A stretch of 64,000 nt of DNA from Blastocystis sp. Blastoise (Eukaryota > Protista > Bigyra: Opalinata): assembly GCA_039096225.1 (NCBI GenBank), contig JBBPEB010000002.1:1-64000 (forward strand). Reading direction: 5' to 3'. The first letter of the stretch is position 1, and each line of letters begins with the position of its first letter. Below the pieces are notes generated by a model. That model did not search any database and had not been told where the DNA came from. It saw only the letters and a program-made list of their open reading frames with translations. The position numbers were made by a program, and so were the translations under genes. This document shows positions 15,019 through 25,194 of this stretch, in pieces.

Positions 15019-17087
15019 TAGTTTATATCAATTATCAGAATACTATACTATTTTCAAATTGTTTTATATTTCACTATATACATGGATTCAAACTCAACAA
15101 ATGAAAATATACTATATATATACTATTTTTATATTGTTTTCATATATTTTTATTCATATAATATAAATTATTTTTATTAAATAATAATTTATGTTTGGTT
15201 TTATGTTTTTCAATTGTTAAAGATATTTTTTAAAGTAATTTTGTTTATATTTTCATACATATATCTGAGACACGCTTTATATAAAGATATTTCATAGAAT
15301 TGAAATCATTTAGAAATATTTTTTTAAGAAATCTCAGCATTAATTGGTAATGTTGCAACAATTCAAACTCTTTATTATTGGATGCTGTTGATTACAAATA
15401 TATGATCTACTATGACATAATTAATGTAGTTTTTAATAAGACCAATACATCATTTCACAATTAACTCTAGTCAGAACTAAAACTATATATTTAAATTAGC
15501 GTGATTTTGATTTGATAACTACCTGTATCAACATATAAAACAAAATCTTAAACTAGGTCTTTTATTTGCAACATTTGTTCGAGAATGGAGAGAAATATTT
15601 AAAAAAAAAACACTATACTGTAATTATCACTTGTTTACATGTCTGTGATTAACCTTATAATCTCAATTTGTTTATAATATAAACTCTCAGTGACTTTAAT
15701 TTAATTTGATTGTTGTCAGTCATTTTTAACATTTTCCTTCTAATTTCTATTTTTAACTAAGGGAAGGCCGAATTTCCGTGTTTTTCATTTTCTGCCAGCC
15801 ATACTAGCAAACCTGAGCTGTCGAGTCCACTCGGGATGGAAAAACTATTTAAAAAAACTTTTGCAGTATCCTTAAAAGGGGCCTCTAGTATATATGGGGG
15901 AAGATACTTTTTAAAAAATCCTTTATAAGAGTATCATATATGACTTTTTTACCAGTATAAGTGATTATTATCACTTATTTTTTGTATATTGATATATTAT
16001 ATATATTATATATATGATATATTCATATAATATGTCTTTGGTGGTTAACCAAAAAGTAAATGTGTTTGTAATCGTGTGTGTTTTTATTTCTTGTTTTGTT
16101 TTAATTTGTTTGATATATACTTGGATATGTCATATATGTGTTTATAAATTAAATAATATTTTTTGCTACCCGTCTACTTAATAAAAAAATATTTTTTTGT
16201 AGTATGGTCAACTCAGCTAGTAAATGTGGGAATACCGACATTGTTTCCAGTATTCGCCACTTTTATATGCCGCTAATACTCGTTGTCACGCCTCCCTGTA
16301 TTACTCGACATATACGGCATTCTCGGCATATAGCCGATACCTGTCGATGATAAAAGACCGTCAAAAAGCAATATCGCGATACACCCGACAAATGGTCGCT
16401 TTCGCCCATAATTAAAAATAAAATAATAATTTTAATAGACATATATATAGACTAATATATAATATTATAAAAAAGTCAACAATAAATATTTTTTTGCCAA
16501 AAAATAATAAATTTATTGAATATAGTCTATATATATAATAATAAATTTTATTTCTTTTTAATTTTTTTATTTATTTATATATATATTTTATATATATATT
16601 TAAAACTAAAAAATTCAAAAGGAATTAAAAGGCGTATTGACCTATGACTGTATAAAACAAATTTGTTTAATCTTAACATTGCTTATTTTTAATATTTTTT
16701 GTATTTTACGCTTACGTGATCAATATACGTTGTATGACACGACAGGAGTTCGACAGTGTCTAAATTTTTAAAAACGTCAAATAAATTACAAACTGATTCA
16801 CTTCTCAAAAAAATTATTTTGGCTCTAAATATGTCAGTAGTCAGTGTTATATGCCTCTGAATGTGTTAATGGCATTTAAAATAAAAAAGTAGTTAGGTAT
16901 ATTGGGAATCATGCGCCAATTGTGCTTATTCATAATTTTAAGCAGAGTAAACTGAGTAGCACATATGTCTAAATTATGATAATACGTTATTATTATAATA
17001 AACGCTTTATTAATGAGTGAACATGACTTATCAAAAATTTGTTTTTTGTAGTTATTATTGCTAAGCTTGAAAATTGTTTTAATATTA

Positions 17088-17203
17088 ATTCTTCCGTTCT
17101 TCGAACTGCAGAAGGGGGTATGCAAACCCCGCATAGAGTCTGCGCGACGCGCGCAGCCATAAGCGGGGAAGTCATCCCCCCTTTTTGTTCTCGACGGAAG
17201 AAT
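17088..17203. other. 116-nt GC-rich imperfect terminal hairpin
   Basis: Arms ATTCTTCCGT/ACGGAAGAAT, GAAC/GTTC, AAGGGGGTATG/CATCCCCCCTT, CCCCGC/GCGGGG and CTGCGCG-ACG-CGCGCAG (apex 17147-17149). Identical at 42108-42223 and 61497-61612. Confidence 0.9.
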
Positions 17204-17807
17204 TAATAACATTTCTGAAGTAAAATAACCATGGGAGTGTAGGGTAGTGTGTGTGTATTTTTATTTTTCCCCATGTTTATTTATTTTTAATTTATTTGTG
17301 TTCCGATTCCAACGTGAAACGTAAAGTGATCAAGGAGAAACTCATAGTAATCATAAAAGAAATAAAATACACAGTCCAACCCTCCCCTTTACAGGGAATA
17401 TTCATGGGAAATGGCTCCATCGTTGGTAAAGTGAGTAAAATAATCACGGGAATACAGAAAGAAATACGAAAAGAAGCACAGAATGTGCTAAATAAGCACA
17501 CACCCCGACCCTCCCTTTATATAGAGAAAAGATGAAATGGATGGTTCTATCTAAAAAGAAATAATAAAAATAATCACGGGAATATATAAAATAAAAATGT
17601 ATGTATAGTGATCAATAAATAATATAAAAAGTCATGATAATCATAAAAAAATATATATAAAAAGAGTAAAGTGATCAAGGTATGTATTTATAGTGGGTGA
17701 AAGAAAAGCTGGTGGTGGTGTGGTCTTGTAAAAAGATGTACCCACCACCACGATTATAACGAGAGACTTTTGGAAACATGAGCGACCGTTATGGAAAAAT
17801 ATAAATT

Positions 17808-17845
17808 TTCGAGAACATTCTATAACATTCTCGAAACTTCTAGAA
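17808..17845. promoter_or_regulatory. Heat-shock-element-like array at inner TIR edge
   Basis: 8 alternating nGAAn/nTTCn pentamers (1 mismatch) about 46 bp upstream of the 17892 ORF. Confidence 0.65.
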
Positions 17846-17891
17846 TAATAAAATTGTATTATTCGTTTTTTCTATTTTTATACTATTTATT

Positions 17892-18059
17892 ATGGATTCT
17901 CCAAAGCAATTTGCTCCAGATTATAAAGAAGGCAATTGGAAACCTTATGGAAATTTTGAAGTTGATGAATTAAGTGATAGTGATTCTGAAATGGATACTA
18001 TTAAAACTGAAAGTGAGGATGATTATGAAGATTATATAAGAAATTTTATTGATTTTTAA
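17892..18059 (+). CDS. Small acidic viral protein (55 aa; below ORF-track cutoff)
   Basis: MDSPKQFAPDYKEGNWKPYGNFEVDELSDSDSEMDTIKTESEDDYEDYIRNFIDF*. Frame preserved with an in-frame indel in copy 2 (62438-62608). Preceded by an HSE array and followed by the 3' motif at 18087. Confidence 0.75.
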   Translation: MDSPKQFAPDYKEGNWKPYGNFEVDELSDSDSEMDTIKTESEDDYEDYIRNFIDF

Positions 18060-18133
18060 ATTAACGTTTATAAATAACAAAACAAATTGTTTAGTTTTTA
18101 AAAATAATAATAAATAAAACAAATTAAAATTAA

Positions 18134-19618
18134 CTAATGTTTTCTACGTTTATTTCTTAATTTTTTATTTTTTGAAATACGTCTTTTTCTACGTAATCCA
18201 TTACCTTCTTCGAGATCATAAAATACCTCACCATCATCTTCATCAAATGATTGAAATTCATCATCTTCTTTTTTATTTCTTTTATTTTCAAGAGTGACAT
18301 TTTCTACTGGATTAGAAATAGGTGCTACAGGTGTAATATTTGGAGTGAAATTATTCGTGATTGCTTGAGACATTGGAACAGTATCAGGTAAAGGAACAGT
18401 AGGATCATTCATAAGAGGAATTAAATTTGGAGGATTTGAATCTTCAATAGTAATATTATGAATATTTTCTTGTGTTAGAGTATCAGGAGTAGATGAAGAA
18501 GTTGGTATAACATTATTATTTGCTTCTATTGGATTTTTTGTTTGTGGTATTTCTTCCTCTGGATTCTTACCAAATAAAAATCCAGAAAAAGTATTGTATA
18601 AATTATTTACACCACTAACAACAGAGTTTGCAACTTTTTTAACACCATTAACAATTGGTGTTCCTACATTTGTTGCAGTATTAACAACTTTATTAACGAA
18701 TGTTGGGTTTTCTGCATAGGGAATATAATTATTATGAAATGTTTTTGCTTGATCTTCTAAAGATTTACTTTTGTTAAGTCTTTGTTGTTTCGTATCATTA
18801 CCTGACATATGAGCAAATCTAAAATAGTTATCAGCTAATAATTTATTCTTTTTCTTAGCTTCATTATCATCAGTTAATTTCCAATTATCATATAAATTAT
18901 TTCTATCACTTACAAGTTTTCCTTTAATATCATTGAATCCTTCTTTTGGATCAACATTAATATCTCTCCACCAATTCTTGAGATCTTTGAATTTATTTGC
19001 ACCATAATCAACAGCATTACTTATTCCATGAGTGATGTTATTAATACCTCCAGTTAATTTATCAGACACATTGTATACATCACTTACAGTGTGATAAATA
19101 TTAGAAAATAAATTACCACCTCTAGAATATAAGTAACCATCACGATCTCTTTTAGTAAAATCAATAGCACTATCAATTGTACGAGGATTTAATAATCTAG
19201 AATATTTAGAATAATCAGACATATGATTTTGTTTCATATAAGGTAAGACATAATCATGAGCATAAATAAGTTTTCTTGTAAAGTTCTTTGGAATTCTACC
19301 ATCAGGTAATAACCCAGATCCTTCATCTATTGGTTCACTTTCTTCTGATTCTTCTAATGAATTTTGTATAACATCTTGTCTGGTTTCTGACAAATATGAA
19401 TAGAATGGATTTGACGTTGCTCTATTAACCATATTACTTTCTATTCGCTTAACAGCAGCTAAAGAATTAGGAGCAATAGAATAATTAATTGGATGACGTT
19501 CTTCTCCATCAGGAATAGATCCTGGAACAATATAATTTCGATATTCATGACCAGTAGCACGATGATTTACGCCTACTAATCCTTTATTTGAAACATTTAA
19601 TCTAGCACTTTGTATCAT
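18134..19618 (-). CDS. PLV protein, putative protease-processed core/structural protein (494 aa)
   Basis: Intact ORF; homologue at 62677-64000. Motifs EGSGL, SRGGN and EGNGL followed by an Arg/Lys-rich C-terminal tail. Confidence 0.75.
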   Translation of the reverse strand: MIQSARLNVSNKGLVGVNHRATGHEYRNYIVPGSIPDGEERHPINYSIAPNSLAAVKRIESNMVNRATSNPFYSYLSETRQDVIQNSLEESEESEPIDEGSGLLPDGRIPKNFTRKLIYAHDYVLPYMKQNHMSDYSKYSRLLNPRTIDSAIDFTKRDRDGYLYSRGGNLFSNIYHTVSDVYNVSDKLTGGINNITHGISNAVDYGANKFKDLKNWWRDINVDPKEGFNDIKGKLVSDRNNLYDNWKLTDDNEAKKKNKLLADNYFRFAHMSGNDTKQQRLNKSKSLEDQAKTFHNNYIPYAENPTFVNKVVNTATNVGTPIVNGVKKVANSVVSGVNNLYNTFSGFLFGKNPEEEIPQTKNPIEANNNVIPTSSSTPDTLTQENIHNITIEDSNPPNLIPLMNDPTVPLPDTVPMSQAITNNFTPNITPVAPISNPVENVTLENKRNKKEDDEFQSFDEDDGEVFYDLEEGNGLRRKRRISKNKKLRNKRRKH

Positions 19619-19745
19619 TTAACTTTATTAAAAAAAAATATGACTCTTTTAACAAAACAAAAACAAAGAAATTTAAAAAAAAATAACTTTATACATATTA
19701 ATATACAATCAAACAATATAAATATATAAGTATAACATATTAGGT

Positions 19746-20744
19746 CTAGTTGGTATCTGGTGATTCATCGTTTTCACCATTTGTAATAGCATGTGTCTTA
19801 TCAAACCCACTTTCATATGCTTTAAGAAATTGTGGTACAGTCATCGTTTCATAACCCCAATCGAAATAACCTTTTTCGTTTGCTTGAACCTTTACTTGAT
19901 TCTTCTCATAAAGAAGTATCCATCCAAAGAATCTTGGATCTGAGGTAACGACTTCCTTTTTCTTTCCTTTATCAATGATAGTAAATGTTACACCTGAATC
20001 AAGAATATCATAATGAGTACCTTGATCTGTAACTGTTTTCTTAACATCTTCAACATCATTTTGACGATTCTTTTCATTTTTATCAATCTTATTATTCAAA
20101 TTCTTATTATCTTTTTGACGATTACTTTCATTTGAATCCATTTTTGCATTCATATTAGTATTATCAGCATGTAAATTATCGTAGTTAGTTTTCATATCCT
20201 TTTTTAATGAAGCTGTTTCAGAATGAAGATCAGCGTTATTAGTCTTCGTTTGATCGTAAATATTATTCAATTTAGAGTTTAATTCTTGTTGCGCCTTTGT
20301 ATAGTATTGATAGTTTTCTTTATTTTGTTCAAATGCTTGTGAATTCAATCCATTTAATCCTTGTATAGATGATAATAACGTTTCAAATTGATAATTATTA
20401 GGATTACTAGCATCATACCATATCTTACTTGTAGTAGGAATACCATAATTCGTTTGCCATTGAGATAACATAGATGAGTATCTTGCAGTATCTCCATTAG
20501 CTTTAGCTGAATTCATAGTAGCTATAAACATATCTTCAGGTGATTGACCATGATTTCTTAATGCTTGAACTGCCATTGAGCTATACATAGATCCTTGTGC
20601 ATTAGGATCATGTGCTAATGGTTGTACTGGTTGTTCATCTTGACAAATATATGAATTGGGTAACCATGGATCCCAAGATTGTTTTTTCTGATTTCTTGAT
20701 AAAATATCATAGAGAGTTACACTATCTCCTAAATTACTTTGCAT
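19746..20744 (-). CDS. PLV hypothetical protein with coiled-coil repeat (332 aa)
   Basis: Intact ATG ORF; internal repeat KMDSNESNRQKD/KIDKNEKNRQND. Confidence 0.75.
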   Translation of the reverse strand: MQSNLGDSVTLYDILSRNQKKQSWDPWLPNSYICQDEQPVQPLAHDPNAQGSMYSSMAVQALRNHGQSPEDMFIATMNSAKANGDTARYSSMLSQWQTNYGIPTTSKIWYDASNPNNYQFETLLSSIQGLNGLNSQAFEQNKENYQYYTKAQQELNSKLNNIYDQTKTNNADLHSETASLKKDMKTNYDNLHADNTNMNAKMDSNESNRQKDNKNLNNKIDKNEKNRQNDVEDVKKTVTDQGTHYDILDSGVTFTIIDKGKKKEVVTSDPRFFGWILLYEKNQVKVQANEKGYFDWGYETMTVPQFLKAYESGFDKTHAITNGENDESPDTN

Positions 20745-20820
20745 TATTTATTGTATTAATTTAAAAATAATTATATAACAAAACAAATAATTAATTATGA
20801 AATAATAAAAGTTAAAATAA

Positions 20821-21858
20821 TTAATTTAAATGAAATTTTTTTAAGAAGAATTGAACAAGATTAATAATTAAATTAGTAGTAGTATCAAAGGATGTAGAGT
20901 TGACAAGAGCACCACCACAACGTTCAGCATTCTCTTTTGTAACACCACTTCCACTAGGATTTTTAAAATAGTTATCAGCAGTTTCTTTACGTTTCTTATC
21001 ATCATCAGTAGTAATCATATTATAAGCGAAATCAATAGGGATACCAAGAGAAGGATAATAGTATTTTAATGCATTCACTACAATAGGAACAATCGTTTTA
21101 ATAGTTTTAATAGCAGTATTCGCAATAATAGAATGCTTTTGTTTTGGATCCATAGGATATTCTTTATCGATAACGACATTAACAATATCACGTACAGACA
21201 CATGCTCATCATTTTTAGGTAATCGTTCTTTAATATCTTGTAATTTCTTTCTATTAGACTTTACATTATTAGAACGAATAGCCTTCTTAGCAATAATTCT
21301 TATTTGAGGAGTTACGAATTTACTTGTTTTCTTTTCTTTTTCTCGGTGACTCCCATGTTCTTTACGATGTTTCTGATGCCTTCTATGTATACCTTGACCA
21401 AATATATCATCATAATTTTCATCTTCAAGATTTGCATTATTATAATCTTTATCATCATCAGCCATCATTTTTCTTGTTATTCTCTTTGGTTGATAAGTAA
21501 CATCATCGTTATATAATTCATCATCTCTATTAGCATCTTCAATATGTTCTTCAAATTGTCTTTTCTTTTCTTCTTTTGCTTTTTCTTGACGTTTTTGTTC
21601 TTTACGTTTCTGATAATAATTATATCCAGCAAATGCTCCTAATGTACCTAAAATAGGTAATGCAGTATAGACACCATTTTTAAAATCAGCCCAATCAGCA
21701 TCTCTAGTTTGTTGTCTAACAATTTCTTCAAAGCCTGTTCCTCCATATCTTACATAACGTTTATGATAAAGATCACGTCTATTTGATTTTGGTGGTGATC
21801 CTCCAAATAATCGTGGATCACAATTTTGTTTTAAATATCTTTTTGTAATTGAACTCAT
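20821..21858 (-). CDS. PLV putative membrane/core protein (345 aa)
   Basis: Hydrophobic helix GVYTALPILGTLGAFAGYNYY followed by a charged segment; GG/GxG motifs LFGGS, RYGGT, FGQGI, SGSGV, RCGGA. Confidence 0.7.
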   Translation of the reverse strand: MSSITKRYLKQNCDPRLFGGSPPKSNRRDLYHKRYVRYGGTGFEEIVRQQTRDADWADFKNGVYTALPILGTLGAFAGYNYYQKRKEQKRQEKAKEEKKRQFEEHIEDANRDDELYNDDVTYQPKRITRKMMADDDKDYNNANLEDENYDDIFGQGIHRRHQKHRKEHGSHREKEKKTSKFVTPQIRIIAKKAIRSNNVKSNRKKLQDIKERLPKNDEHVSVRDIVNVVIDKEYPMDPKQKHSIIANTAIKTIKTIVPIVVNALKYYYPSLGIPIDFAYNMITTDDDKKRKETADNYFKNPSGSGVTKENAERCGGALVNSTSFDTTTNLIINLVQFFLKKFHLN

Positions 21859-21911
21859 AACAAAACAATAAAATAATTATGGTTTATTTAACAAATTAAA
21901 ATATAAAAAAA

Positions 21912-22949
21912 TTAATGAAAAGAAGGATAACCAGAATAATGTTTTTTATTTAAATAAGGATTGAAAATGCGTCGTTGACTATCTTGTATGATTTGATCTT
22001 GTATGATTTGTAAGATGGATTCTTTAGGTTTATCTTTTTCATCTCGTTCAATACCTTTCAATGAGACTTCTTCTTCAACAGGTAAAAACTTCTTCATTTT
22101 CTTTTCATATGTAGATATATGTTCATTAGGACGTTTAATGCCACTACCTGATGCTTCACCTTGTTCTTCTCGTTTCTCTTTTTCACTATCTTCTTCTGTC
22201 CATTTTCGTTTCTTTACCATCTTATATACATTCTGTTTACTACCACAATCAGGATTAGTCCATATCGTTAAATCATCACTACCTTGTTTTAACATAAAGA
22301 ATTGATGTGGATCATTCATTAATTCTTCATCTGTAAGAATTTCATTTAAATTTGATGGCATAATCTTTAATTTATCTGGTAAGAATCCAGGATCACGTTT
22401 TAAGATTTGACTATTAATAAAGAAATGAGATACTTGACTTAATATAGATTGATTGGTAACATCTGTATGACTTTGAAGACATATAATAGCATTCTGTTTA
22501 TAATGACGACCTTTAGATAATATAGATACAATCAATTGTTTGGTTTGTCTAGATAATGGATAGATATCATCCAATACAATAAAATTATGTTCTGGTAATT
22601 TATATGTATTGACTAATTCATCAACAGTTTTAATCTTTTTAAATTTATCATCTACAGAATCATACCATTTATAATCAATTCCAGCATGTTCACAAATATC
22701 TTGAAAGGATGTATAACATTCATTCTTATTGGATGCATCAGGACAAATTACTGTGACTTGTTTATATTTATTTTTAAGATCCATGGAACATAAGAGATTC
22801 ACAGTTAAGAAAGATTTTCCTGAGAATGTTCTTGCAATAATCAATATAAATTTTGATTCATATGTTTTATGATGTGATTTTCCATATTTAAATTCTAAGA
22901 CTCCACATCCTTTACGTGTTTCTTTTAATGGATTTATTTTATTCACCAT
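21912..22949 (-). CDS. A32-like (FtsK/HerA) genome-packaging ATPase
   Basis: Walker A ARTFSGKS, Walker B FIVLDD, A32 signature SKGRHYKQNAIICLQS. Confidence 0.92.
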   Translation of the reverse strand: MVNKINPLKETRKGCGVLEFKYGKSHHKTYESKFILIIARTFSGKSFLTVNLLCSMDLKNKYKQVTVICPDASNKNECYTSFQDICEHAGIDYKWYDSVDDKFKKIKTVDELVNTYKLPEHNFIVLDDIYPLSRQTKQLIVSILSKGRHYKQNAIICLQSHTDVTNQSILSQVSHFFINSQILKRDPGFLPDKLKIMPSNLNEILTDEELMNDPHQFFMLKQGSDDLTIWTNPDCGSKQNVYKMVKKRKWTEEDSEKEKREEQGEASGSGIKRPNEHISTYEKKMKKFLPVEEEVSLKGIERDEKDKPKESILQIIQDQIIQDSQRRIFNPYLNKKHYSGYPSFH

Positions 22950-23019
22950 TTTATATGATTTTAATCAACAAAACAAAAAAAATAATTAATGATAAGTTAA
23001 AGATAAATAAATGATTTTA

Positions 23020-23700
23020 TTAAGATGCAGTAAAGTATATATAAAGATTTGTATTCGATAAATCAATTGGATTATTTAATTGATCATATATTTCCCATTG
23101 GATATCTGTATATTTACCATCAATACATGGAATAGATAAATCACTTAAAGCAAATGTATTATCAAATCCTTGTTTAGCATATAAAGGAATAGAAATCAAA
23201 TCATTATCTTTATTAATAATATCACAATACACACGTAACATATAGATCTTATACCATGAAATATTCTTGGATATATAATCATCAGTAAAAACGATAGGTT
23301 GGCTAGTATAATCCCAATAATAGGTTTTAATACCTAACAAATCAAACAATATTTTAGATTCATCTATTCTGTGTTGAGCATATGTTCCAAATGTTTTTGT
23401 TTCTTTATCATAATAATAAGCACAAGTCTTTCCATCTACTAATGATTTCATATTTTTTCCAATTTCAACAATTTTTTCTAAGAATTCTTCCAATGAATAG
23501 TTACCAGCTGGAAATGTATATTTTTGAAATGGGATAGATGCGGTATCATACAAAAGAAATTCAGGAATATTAATGATATCACTTGTATTCACTAATGTAT
23601 TGATATGAGTAATATTTTTACCTACTAAATCCAAAGTATAATTGAATTGTTCATGACAGATTTGACTTGTAATTTTACTTAGATGAGATATTGATGTCAT
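23020..23700 (-). CDS. Minor capsid protein (penton, single jelly-roll)
   Basis: FPAGNYSLEEF, LRVYCDII and C-terminal DIQWEIYDQLNNPIDL match Polinton/PLV penton motifs; lies between ATPase and MCP. Confidence 0.75.
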   Translation of the reverse strand: MTSISHLSKITSQICHEQFNYTLDLVGKNITHINTLVNTSDIINIPEFLLYDTASIPFQKYTFPAGNYSLEEFLEKIVEIGKNMKSLVDGKTCAYYYDKETKTFGTYAQHRIDESKILFDLLGIKTYYWDYTSQPIVFTDDYISKNISWYKIYMLRVYCDIINKDNDLISIPLYAKQGFDNTFALSDLSIPCIDGKYTDIQWEIYDQLNNPIDLSNTNLYIYFTAS

Positions 23701-23799
23701 TTTTATTAAATGAATTAATTATGAAATTATAAACAAAACAATATTTTTTTTAGAATAATATAAAGTTGATACAAATAATAAAAATATCAAATAAATAAA

Positions 23800-25017
23800 T
23801 TAATTGGTAGCACCATCTCTAACAAATTTAACAAATATAAAATGAGCATATAAAGTATAAGGACCAGTAACAGTTCCACCAGTATATTCAGTTAATAATG
23901 AGATATTAACTTCACAACCACTACGCGTATTGACATCAACAACACTTGAAATAGGGAATATATAAATAGGTTGTTCATACCACTTTTCACCATTTAAAGG
24001 AGATTGAGGATGACTATTACATCTCCAAGTATTATAAAGCATAGCATTAGGGATAATTTGTGATGGATTCGTTGTTTTATACGTAGTAGGGAAATCCGTC
24101 TTTGGTAAGATATTTTGACCACCAATTTGGAATTGACATGATTTTAATAATTCAGTTTTAATAGGAATCATGCTCTTCTCTTGATTTGTGAAGTATAACA
24201 TACAATAATCAGGTACGAAAACAACACTTCTATTGGATAAGAATTGTTGTGGAGTTGGTGTACCTGATACTGATGCTTGTGAATAAACAGGTGTAGTGAA
24301 TGCAGATATCTGACAATTATTAGGAATACATTTAATCAAAGCACGTGGATCATTACCAAAATTAATATCATAGATTTGTTGAAGATGAATATAAACACGA
24401 TCAAATTTCAATGCAGTGATTACAGTGGTACCGGTAAATAGATTCTTTAAATAATTTGTAACGAATTGCATCTTCAAAGATTTTACTTTAATAGCATAAT
24501 CAAATGTACCAAGACCAGTAATAAGAGATAAAGGAATAATAACTTGAGCTTTTTCTTTCATTTCCATTCCAGCAATACTACTCAACGTGTTATTATATAA
24601 GCATTCTGTCATACTATACATAGATTTATCAATTTCATCTTTACTTAATTCTTTAATAGTAACAAATTTTCTTGCTTTACTGGATTCAATAGAAGATTCA
24701 GAATAATTAATAAGAATATCTTGACCAGTAGGAGATACAAACGTAAGATCTGTAGTAATTTTATCAATAATACTATAGATATTAGAATGTTGTACAACAG
24801 AACTAGTTGTAGCTGCATTTGTTGTAATATTGAAATTCAGTTCTAAGAATGAATTGCTGAAATCAATAAAAGGACTATCCACTGAATTATATAAGAATTC
24901 AAATGGATAAGGTTGATTTAATAAATCTTGACTTGTAGAAACTAGAATAGGAATTTGTACAGGTTTAATAGTTTGATTTGCCTTTGAAGGTAAGAATTGT
25001 CTTGGGAATCCTTCCAT
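23800..25017 (-). CDS. Major capsid protein, double jelly-roll, paralogue A (405 aa)
   Basis: N-terminal PFIDFSNSFLELNFNIT is typical of Polinton/PLV MCPs; beta-rich; size and synteny fit. Confidence 0.75.
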   Translation of the reverse strand: MEGFPRQFLPSKANQTIKPVQIPILVSTSQDLLNQPYPFEFLYNSVDSPFIDFSNSFLELNFNITTNAATTSSVVQHSNIYSIIDKITTDLTFVSPTGQDILINYSESSIESSKARKFVTIKELSKDEIDKSMYSMTECLYNNTLSSIAGMEMKEKAQVIIPLSLITGLGTFDYAIKVKSLKMQFVTNYLKNLFTGTTVITALKFDRVYIHLQQIYDINFGNDPRALIKCIPNNCQISAFTTPVYSQASVSGTPTPQQFLSNRSVVFVPDYCMLYFTNQEKSMIPIKTELLKSCQFQIGGQNILPKTDFPTTYKTTNPSQIIPNAMLYNTWRCNSHPQSPLNGEKWYEQPIYIFPISSVVDVNTRSGCEVNISLLTEYTGGTVTGPYTLYAHFIFVKFVRDGATN

Positions 25018-25194
25018 GTTAATAATTATTGTTTATATATATTTTTTTTAACAAAATAAAAATAAATAATAATAATATTTTATAATTATTAATTAATTTT
25101 AATTTTTATAACAAAACAAATGATTGTATTATAGAATAGAATAGAATTAATTAAACAAGTTAACGTTAAGAATAGTAAGTAAGAAATATTAAAT

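Larger units (their letters stand above)
17088..17845 (+). repeat. Left terminal inverted repeat (758 bp)
   Basis: Reverse complement of 41466-42223; the only difference I found is 17496 G vs 41815 (A in TIR orientation). Confidence 0.97.

Noticed and set aside
17251-17535. 94-aa and 69-aa ORFs inside the TIRs (also 41776, 41810, 61660, 61701)
   Set aside because: The 94-aa ORF has a GTG start, they recur only because the TIR is repeated, and differences between copies are mostly amino-acid changing.
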